From Candidatus Heimdallarchaeota archaeon (lineage in GTDB: Archaea > Asgardarchaeota > Heimdallarchaeia > Heimdallarchaeales > Heimdallarchaeaceae), in NCBI GenBank assembly GCA_030668875.1, contig DAOVER010000084.1, forward strand, positions 1 through 8,413: 8,413 nt of DNA. Reading direction: 5' to 3'. The notes beneath the pieces were generated by a model. The model was not told the DNA's origin. It did no database searches and saw only the letters and a list, made by a program, of their open reading frames with translations. Shown here one piece after another: positions 1 to 6,356 of the stretch (its first letter is position 1; each line of letters starts with the position of its first letter). Position numbers and translations under genes: made by a program.

Positions 1-333
1 TTTGTTAAACAACAAGGGTGGAAGATGGGAAAAATGTTTGCTGATATTGCTTCAGGGATGAACGAACAACGAAAAGGTTTACAGAATCTATTGAATGAAG
101 TGGCAACAACTAGCCCTTTTGCTGTCATCTGCACCTATGAAGATAGATTGGCAAGGTTTGGAACAAAAGTGATCAAACACTATTGCCAAACATTCTCAAC
201 AAACATCATTGCTATGCATAAGCAATTACAAACTACCAAGGAAGAAAAACTAATAGAAGATATGATCGCCTTGGTAACCTCCTTTGCAGGAAGATTACAT
301 AGACAAAGGAGAGGGAAAGATCCTCCTAGCTGA
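1..333 (+). CDS. tnpA: IS607-family transposase TnpA (serine recombinase), C-terminal part; frame +1 is open from base 1, so the gene is 5'-truncated by the window
   Basis: Serine-recombinase/IS607 motifs DIASGMNEQRKGL, VICTYEDRLARFG and EKLIEDMIALVTSFAGRLH; lies directly upstream of a TnpB-like gene. Confidence 0.92.
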   Translation, partial: FVKQQGWKMGKMFADIASGMNEQRKGLQNLLNEVATTSPFAVICTYEDRLARFGTKVIKHYCQTFSTNIIAMHKQLQTTKEEKLIEDMIALVTSFAGRLHRQRRGKDPPS

Positions 334-345
334 CTTTTCTTCGCC

Positions 346-353
346 TTTATATA
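346..353 (+). promoter_or_regulatory. Candidate archaeal TATA box (TTTATATA) between tnpA and tnpB
   Basis: TTTATATA lies about 20 nt before GTG373 and about 29 nt before ATG382. AGGTGA (371-376, SD-like) precedes ATG382. Confidence 0.4.
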
Positions 354-381
354 CCATTCTGTGGATAAGTAGGTGAAGACG

Positions 382-2289
382 ATGGTCTCACAAGCAACAA
401 AGAAAACACAAGTAGCTGTCAACTCTCACTCAAAGACGGTGATGCGGGGCTACCAGGTGGCGCTAAAATGTGTAGACCAGCACCAACGAGAAGAGATTAA
501 CCAAAGGATAAGAAAGCTAGAGGAACAGCAACTGCTCCTTCTTTCTCCGCAAATAGTAAAGAGGGCTGAAAAGTTGTTTAGATCCAATCCTAAGGAAGGG
601 TTCTTCACCCGCCAACTATGTAAAGAAGTGGGGAAAAGTCCTAATATAGCGGAGAGTGCTTTCCATTGGTTGCATATAGCAATCAAAGGGAAAAGAGATA
701 AGGAACAGAAAGTGCAGGGGTTGCTAAACTTTCTCATGAAAAATCCTCAACAACTTGTAGAATGGATGATTTTTGGTAGATCACCTTATACTGAAAGCAG
801 TTTAGGGAACTATTAGAAACTGAAAAGAAGGTACGTTATCAACCTCTTAACCAGCGCTAGACAACAAGCAGATGGATATTGGAGAAAGAAAAAGAAAGTA
901 ATGTATAGTTCCAACCATTTACAATTCAATTCTTTCCTTCCTTCAATAGTACAACAAGCTATAGTACAGGCGATAGATGACACACTTTTCTTTTACACCA
1001 ATGCTTTTGTTACTATTCCCAAAATAACTAAAAGGCAACAAGCCTTTTTAACCAAACTTAAACTACTGAAGAACGAACAAGCTGTCGTTGTCCCCTTTCT
1101 CGCCTCGTGGATTAACAGTCCTCAACTTTCTCGTTGGAAAAGTCTCAAAATATTAGCAGAACAACTAGCAACGATAATTGGGAAACCTTCCCGAAAACTT
1201 TTTTCAGCTGTCAGGCTGATTATTGTTTTCACACTCTTTGACCACTTCATGCAGAGTGCCCCTCAGTTAGTTAAAGGTCTCCCAGTAGCAAAAGTTGTTC
1301 CATTACCATTTAAAAAGAAAAAGAAAGGAAGATTACCCATAAAATTGTTAATGAAAAAAGATTATGTTATCACCCGACAAGGGAATGCAAAGGAATTGAC
1401 AGACCAGATTAATAAACAAGGATGGACCGAACTAGGTTTTCCTCAGAAAGGGAAGAAGAAACTTGTTACAAAAGCACTTTTCCCCTCTAAAGTACGAGAA
1501 TATATCCAGAATGGTGCAGAGCTCAAACTTTTCCAAGTTAGCAGTGGTCAAGCACCTAGTTACAAACCTCGAGTGGATGTAGTGCTCGAGGGAACAATGG
1601 ACTGTTTCCACTCCTCTACTCTTCTCCATACCTATCTCCCCTCAATTTCCGGAAGGAAAAAATCTGTTCTGGGTCTAGATATTAATCGCTTAGGGGCACA
1701 TATGGTAGCATTCAACACCTCTGTTTCTCTCCCCCCAGACATCTTGCTTCTAGCAGAACGTTACACTCACCTTACTGCTAAAGTTCTCCCTGCACTTCAT
1801 CGGGGGTTGATACGTAAACGTAAAGTTCGAGACGCTCTTGGTTTCTGTAAGTTGCAAGGAGAGCTCAATAGAGTTTATACTCGTCGTATGCGAATCATTC
1901 GCGAGCTTACTCGTCTTCTCCCCCACCTTCTTGCGGCAGTTATGGTGAAGAAACAGTGTAAAATCTTGAAGATCGAACAGTTAACTGTTGACCCCTCAGG
2001 TACTAAGGGAGCATTAGCTAAAGCTATTTACACCATGCCTGATAATCTCTTAATCTACAAGAAAGCTGTCTGGCTAGCTTCTCAAGAGTTAAGTTATCAA
2101 GTACAGTTAGAGTCTGTTTCCCCCTACCACACCAGCACTATTCATTATGGTTGTGGAGGAACGTTAGTTCGCAACCAAAGTCAGTATGATCATGCTCCTT
2201 GCAAAAAGTGTGGACGAAAAGTTAACACTCATACTAATGCTGCGCACAATATCGCTTCTCTCCCTGGTACACTTCTTCCTTCTTTATAA
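382..2289 (+). CDS. tnpB: Large TnpB-like RNA-guided RuvC protein (~635 aa if the in-frame TAG at 814-816 is bridged); possibly a pseudogene. The track splits it into 373..816 and 901..2289
   Basis: Both track ORFs are in frame +1, and 817-900 is open (KLKRRYVINLLTSARQQADGYWRKKKKV). Motifs: WED-like start VMRGYQVALK; RuvC-I VLGLDIN (Asp at 1678-1680); RuvC-II LKIEQL (Glu at 1975-1977); SPYHTS then Zn ribbon HxxC...CxxC; RuvC-III NTHTNAAHNI (His at 2230-2232 where Asp is canonical). Start could also be GTG373. Confidence 0.85.
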
Positions 2290-2295
2290 TCCTCT

Positions 2296-2398
2296 TCCCC
2301 TCAACGCACGTGAGGGGACCCACCAAAACGATGGTTAAAAAGTCTCTGGCAAGTTTGACCAAGTTTCATAACGTGCGTAAACAAAGTAATTTTCAGAT
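2296..2398 (+). ncRNA. Candidate omegaRNA 3' scaffold (hairpin plus pseudoknot) and guide (~2379-2398) of the IS607 TnpB; 5' boundary unknown
   Basis: 8-bp stem TCCCCTCA (2296-2303)/TGAGGGGA (2311-2318). Its loop ACGCACG (2304-2310) is the exact reverse complement of CGTGCGT (2372-2378). Small hairpins lie between (ACCA/TGGT, 2322-2335). Confidence 0.65.
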
Positions 2399-2613
2399 AA
2401 CTGAAGAAGACCTCGAAAACGTCGTGAATTGGATAAATCATAAGGGAGACCATTCATTAATGTTGAAGTACCTTTAATTGCCAACTTCATTAGAAGATTC
2501 TCAGTCAAGGACGAGTTGTTAGATAGAACAACGGGTCCAAGCTTGTGATCAAATTTAACCAGAACAACCCCTAAATCCAGAGAGTTATCATGTAATAGTT
2601 TGCATGATGACAT
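2379..2613 (-). pseudogene. 5' part of a uDENN/longin-like protein gene, apparently interrupted by the IS607 element
   Basis: GVVLVKFDHKLGPVV resembles the hydrophobic-strand-F(D/H)xxxGP start of uDENN/NPR2-type longin domains, followed by a helix and two strands. The last ~14 codons of the track ORF (2335-2378) fall inside the inferred element end. Confidence 0.5.
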
Positions 2614-2725
2614 TATGACATATTACTATTCTCTTCAAGCTATTTAAGAAAAAAGAGGGGCAATATTGAAAGTGAAGAAATTGAGTTTTTTCAAAGTTAA
2701 CTTTATTCAGAGAAAAATTGGAATT

Positions 2726-2810
2726 TGGTGCGGGGAGGGAGAGTCGAACTCCCGAACTACTAAAGACTGGATCCTAAGTCCAGCGCCTTTGACCACTCGG
2801 CAATCCCCGC
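2726..2810 (-). tRNA. tRNA-Leu (anticodon UAG), CCA encoded, no intron
   Basis: Acceptor GCGGGGA/TCCCCGC-A-CCA; anticodon arm CTGGA-CT-TAG-GA-TCCAG; long variable arm; T-arm GGGAG-TTCGACT-CTCCC; 85 nt. Confidence 0.96.
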
Positions 2811-2880
2811 AATTTGGAAAAACATTGTGGTCAACAGTTTCAGTTTATTGGATTTTTTAAATTTATCTTTTTGATTGAAT

Positions 2881-3347
2881 TCATTCTTTAAGATTTAAGA
2901 CCATCTCAGTATCACTTTCTTTGAATCCTGCTTTAACATACAATGATTTTCTAATTCTGTTGTTAGTAATCTTACTTTCTTAATCTTCTTCTCAGTTATC
3001 TCTTCTATTATTTTTCCAAGCAAAATAGTTCCTATACCTTTTTTTCGTGCTCTTGGTAAAGTATACATGTTCATTACGTAAGCTTCTTCTCCCGAAACAT
3101 TTCCAAAACTTGGGGGCACGGTACTAAATGACACTCCGCTAGTTGCTACAATCAAATCATCTTCTACAGCAAACCAAGCTATAAATTCTCCATTCTGTAA
3201 ATAAGTAGTAAAATATTCTTTGAGAGATTCTTCAAGTAAGTCAGATGGTGTTTCTTTATCTAGCTTCTCAGCTTAGTAGAGAAATTTTATTCGGAGTTTA
3301 ATTAAGTTTTCAACATCAGTTAATTCTGCTCTTCTAAAATGAACCAT
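2881..3347 (-). pseudogene. GNAT-family N-acetyltransferase with an in-frame TAA (3275-3273) and a 1-nt frameshift near 2950
   Basis: Reconstructed: MVHFRRAELTDVENLIKLRIKFLY*AEKLDK...AWFAVEDDLIVATSG...YVMNMYTLPRARKKGIGTILL (acetyl-CoA motif A)...TTEL, then frameshift to KSLYVKAGFKESDTEMVLNLKE* (motif B). The track shows only the middle piece, 2895..3155. Confidence 0.85.
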
Positions 3348-3498
3348 TTTAATTCATGAAACACCACATAGCGTCATTAATAAAAATAAGTATATGTAGT
3401 AGTGTAACAGTTTTTTAGGAATAGAAGAAGACAGTTGGAAAATAATTCATAATAACTCCTTTTTGTTTTTCTTCTAAAATTTATTATATCACTAGTAT

Positions 3499-4083
3499 AT
3501 GCTATTAAATGGGATTATATTGTCAGAAGTTAAATCTGCATTAATGGTTATAGATGTCCAACTTGGTCTATTTACTGATAGAAAACCACTCTACAAAGCT
3601 AAAGAGTTAATTTGCAACATCAACTTGCTTATTGACTCCACCCGTTCCGTCAATTATCCCGATATACTTATTTTCTTTGTTCAGCATTCTAATAAGTGTA
3701 ATTTGATAAAGGGTACGGGTGGATACAAATATCACCCTGATATTCACTTGCAGGAAGATGATCCCATATTTTACAAAACGAAACCTAGTGTTTTTGAAGA
3801 AACTGATTTACATCCGTTTTTACAATCTAAAAATGTTACTCAGTTGTTCATTGCAGGATTGCTTTCCAATGCTTGCATTAAAACTAATGCTATTGCATCA
3901 CATGAATTAGGCTACAATGTAATTCTTATTCATGATGCCCACAGTTGCCTGGGAAGTGAGGAGGAGGGTAAAAAGATTGTTAATGATATAAACAAGAAAT
4001 TACCAGCTGAAGGCGTGGTTGTATTAGAAAGTACTAGAGGGTATGTATGTGATTTTCTTAATTTAGATATGGTTAAGTCATGA
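3499..4083 (+). CDS. Isochorismatase-family cysteine hydrolase
   Basis: Triad motifs ALMVIDVQ (Asp), FYKTKPSVF (Lys), AGLLSNACIKT (Cys), plus GYNVILIHDAHS. The true start may be TTG3520. Confidence 0.92.
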   Translation: MLLNGIILSEVKSALMVIDVQLGLFTDRKPLYKAKELICNINLLIDSTRSVNYPDILIFFVQHSNKCNLIKGTGGYKYHPDIHLQEDDPIFYKTKPSVFEETDLHPFLQSKNVTQLFIAGLLSNACIKTNAIASHELGYNVILIHDAHSCLGSEEEGKKIVNDINKKLPAEGVVVLESTRGYVCDFLNLDMVKS

Positions 4084-4142
4084 AAGAGATTTATTTCAAA
4101 TAAGATTAATATTTCAAAAATCAGTTTTTATTCGAAAAAAGT

Positions 4143-4251
4143 TGGTGCCTCGACCGGGATTTGAACCCGGGTCTGCGGATTTTCCTGCTTTGTCACGCGG
4201 ACTTTCACATGTGAAAGTCCGCAATGATTGGCCGAACTACACCATCGAGGC
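4143..4251 (-). tRNA. tRNA-Glu (anticodon UUC) with a 31-nt insertion in the anticodon loop (most simply a 37/38 intron, 4211-4181); CCA encoded
   Basis: Acceptor GCCTCGA/TCGAGGC-A-CCA; archaeal Glu-type D-arm TGGTGTAGTTCGGCCAATCAT; anticodon stem GCGGA/TCCGC with CT-TTC-A; T-arm CCGGG-TTCAAAT-CCCGG. Length 109 nt, or 78 nt after removing 31 nt. Confidence 0.88.
4197..4222. repeat. Perfect 26-bp palindrome spanning the tRNA-Glu exon/intron junction
   Basis: gcggactttcacatgtgaaagtccgc is its own reverse complement. Confidence 0.97.
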
Positions 4252-4342
4252 GTTGTTTGTGCTATTCGTTTTTCTTTCTCTCCTTTTTAATATCTTTCGT
4301 TATTGGCTTTTTGAATTGCTATTACATCTTCAGCAAGGTTTC

Positions 4343-5119
4343 TTAACTTTCTACCATTTCTCCAAGAAACGATAGTATTTTATCAAAAACCTCTTGTTTA
4401 TGTGGATCCACAGTCAAGATATGGTCACCTTTCTGTACAAAAAACAATTCCTTTTTGGTTTTCAAGTCTTCGTACAGCTCCTCTGCTCCTTCTGGTTTAG
4501 CTGTTATATCCTCTTCAGACTGAATTATTAATACTGGAACGTTAATTTCATCTACTTTCCTGTGTAATATCCTTAACATTTTGTACAATTGGCTAGCTGC
4601 TGGTATAGAATCTTCAGAATAGGAAAAAAGATTATTTTCCACATACCATTTAATTCTTTCTTCATTTTTTTGTTTGTGAGCTCCAAAAAGACTTAGAAAC
4701 CAGGCAGTAAAAGACGATGTCTTTGATAAGTGATAAAAAGCGCTGATGGTAAAAATAGCTTTGAATTTCATCTGTGTTGAGGAATACAGTGCTAGAGCTC
4801 CTCCCATTGAAACCCCCCCAACAAAAATGTTAGTATACTTAGGAGTATATTCATCGTATGCTTCTTGTATATTACCAATCCATTCTTCCCACCTCACATT
4901 ATCCATATCATCAGGTTTAGTTCCATGCCCTTTCAGAAGGACCCCCTTCACATCATATCCTTCAGAATAAAGAAATTCTCCTAACAGTCTTGTCTCTGTA
5001 GCTGAAGCACCAAAACCATGTACTAAAATTATTAGATTCTTTGATTGCTTCTTGTCATTTTTAAAATAATACGATTTAGCAAGCTCTCTCAATCGTTCCG
5101 GATAGACATCTGTAAGCAT
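4343..5119 (-). CDS. Alpha/beta-hydrolase, carboxylesterase/monoacylglycerol-lipase-like (~258 aa); start reassigned to ATG5119
   Basis: LVHGFGAS oxyanion motif, GVSMGG nucleophile elbow, QSEEDITA (Asp), KGDHIL (His). The track's 70-codon N-terminal extension to 5329 overlaps the opposite-strand RAM gene and TATA-like boxes, so it is probably not coding. Confidence 0.9.
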   Translation of the reverse strand: MLTDVYPERLRELAKSYYFKNDKKQSKNLIILVHGFGASATETRLLGEFLYSEGYDVKGVLLKGHGTKPDDMDNVRWEEWIGNIQEAYDEYTPKYTNIFVGGVSMGGALALYSSTQMKFKAIFTISAFYHLSKTSSFTAWFLSLFGAHKQKNEERIKWYVENNLFSYSEDSIPAASQLYKMLRILHRKVDEINVPVLIIQSEEDITAKPEGAEELYEDLKTKKELFFVQKGDHILTVDPHKQEVFDKILSFLGEMVES

Positions 5120-5183
5120 GTGTGATGATTCAGCTAATTTAGCTATAAAATATCGTTGATTTATACATAAATTGTCGATGTCT

Positions 5184-5200
5184 GAAAAAAGTTTATTAAA
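5184..5200 (+). promoter_or_regulatory. Candidate BRE plus TATA box for the RAM-domain gene
   Basis: GAAAAAAG followed by TTTATTAAA, about 35 nt upstream of ATG5234. Confidence 0.45.
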
Positions 5201-5233
5201 CGTGTTGACATATAGTTTGTTGGTGAAATCCAA

Positions 5234-5467
5234 ATGGCAATAGCTTTCATCCTGATTAATAGTGAAATAGGAGAAGAAAAGAGCGTACTCGACCAACTTA
5301 TGTCCCTTCCAAATGTTAGTGAAGCCCATGTAGTCTATGGTGTTTATGACCTAATTGCGAAGATCGAAGCAGATACAATGGATGAATTAAAGAAAATTGT
5401 TACAGAAAATCTACGAGCATTAGAAAATGTACGTAGTACAATGACAATGATCTGTGTCGAGAAATAA
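5234..5467 (+). CDS. Stand-alone Lrp/AsnC ligand-binding (RAM) domain protein, no helix-turn-helix
   Basis: 77 aa with AFILIN...V.EAHVVYGVYDLIAKIEA...V.ST.TMI, the typical AsnC C-terminal fold signature. Confidence 0.92.
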   Translation: MAIAFILINSEIGEEKSVLDQLMSLPNVSEAHVVYGVYDLIAKIEADTMDELKKIVTENLRALENVRSTMTMICVEK

Positions 5468-5577
5468 ATTCTTCCTAAACATGCTTCTTATTTTTCTTAC
5501 ATCCATATAGTGGATACTTTAGCTTATTTTCATATTTTCAAACAAATTTTAAATAAAAGTCACTAGACCTTAATATC

Positions 5578-6303
5578 ATGGGTTATGAAATAGTATATGA
5601 AATCTTATTATTATTACTTGGTTACTTCTGTGGCTCTATTCCTGTTGCATATTTAATTGGAAAACTGGGGCATGGAATAGATATCAGAGAACACGGTTCT
5701 GGCAATATGGGAACCGCTAATGTATTGAGGACTCTTGGGAAGAAAGCAGGGCTGACAACTTTGGTTCTAGATATGCTCAAAGGAACAATAGCTGTTCTAT
5801 GTGCCAGGTTTTATCTTTGGTTTGGTAATTATAGTTATTTTGGGACCGATAGTACCAGTGGTTTCCCATTAACCTTAGATGAGGGGTTTTTCCTAGCTTT
5901 AGTGGCTTTTATGACAATAATTGGTCATAGTCTTCCTGTATGGCTTAAATTCCGAGGAGGTAAATCAGCTGCAGTAGGAGCAGGAGCAATGCTAGGAATT
6001 AATCCAATTGCTTGGGTGATAATTATGATCATCTGGTTCTTCCTTTTGAAATTTACAAAACTAATGTCTCTCTCGAATTTATCTGTAACACTAATTTCTA
6101 TGCCCTTTTACTGGTATTTTGGTGGAAATAGTTTCTTCGGAAATAATAGCCTATGGGCTTTAATAGTAAGCGCAGCAATGGTAGTTTTCATTTATTGGAG
6201 GCATAGAGCAAATATCAAACGGCTTCTAACTTGTACAGAGAGAAAGATGGGTCAAAAGGTAGATATAGAAAAAGACACGAAGGCAAAAACGGAAACTAAT
6301 TAG
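5578..6303 (+). CDS. plsY: Acyl-phosphate:glycerol-3-phosphate acyltransferase PlsY
   Basis: GYFCGSIP; motif 1 DIREHGSGNMGTANVLR; DMLKG; motif 2 GHSLPVWLKFRGGK; motif 3 RHRANIKRLL..TE; multiple hydrophobic segments. Confidence 0.95.
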   Translation: MGYEIVYEILLLLLGYFCGSIPVAYLIGKLGHGIDIREHGSGNMGTANVLRTLGKKAGLTTLVLDMLKGTIAVLCARFYLWFGNYSYFGTDSTSGFPLTLDEGFFLALVAFMTIIGHSLPVWLKFRGGKSAAVGAGAMLGINPIAWVIIMIIWFFLLKFTKLMSLSNLSVTLISMPFYWYFGGNSFFGNNSLWALIVSAAMVVFIYWRHRANIKRLLTCTERKMGQKVDIEKDTKAKTETN

Positions 6304-6356
6304 TTTTTTTTCTATATTTCCAAAAGCATATATTGGGCTGAAGTTCTACTAAGTTA

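Larger units (their letters stand above)
1..2378 (+). mobile_element. IS607-family insertion sequence (left end outside window; right end inferred at ~2375-2379)
   Basis: tnpA plus tnpB gene pair. The right end is inferred from the pseudoknot partner at 2372-2378 and from the point where the opposite-strand longin-like ORF loses its pattern. Confidence 0.8.

Noticed and set aside
180-1629. Minus-strand ORFs 180..422, 450..737 and 1432..1629; also 3719..3910, 4746..4970 and 6296..6526
   Set aside because: All overlap better-supported genes in another frame or strand and have no recognisable motifs.
2283-2290. TTTATAAT as a promoter for the omegaRNA
   Set aside because: It would place the start site near 2312, inside the hairpin needed for the pseudoknot, and it overlaps the tnpB stop codon.
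2379-2398. Similarity between the two predicted guides (both contain AAACAAA then T-runs)
   Set aside because: Low-complexity AT-rich sequence with several mismatches; no support for cross-targeting.
2290-2420. CRISPR array next to the Cas12-like protein
   Set aside because: No regularly spaced direct repeats; only a short CAAGTTT duplication (2350-2356, 2360-2366).
2774-2776. tRNA anticodon written TAG as a possible amber suppressor for the tnpB stop
   Set aside because: Anticodon UAG decodes the Leu codon CUA; an amber suppressor needs anticodon CUA.
2666-2860. 64-aa ORF (and likewise 4142..4375)
   Set aside because: Antisense to tRNA-Leu and tRNA-Glu respectively; spurious.
4181-4215. 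Alternative splicing of tRNA-Glu at 35/36 to give a UUA stop-suppressor anticodon that could explain the TAA and TAG interruptions
   Set aside because: It does not fit BHB geometry (only 37/38 does), intact genes here end in TAA and TAG, and the GNAT gene also has a frameshift.
5120-5329. 70-codon N-terminal extension of the hydrolase overlapping the RAM gene
   Set aside because: Antisense to a clear conserved gene and covers promoter-like boxes; the hydrolase fold is complete from ATG5119.
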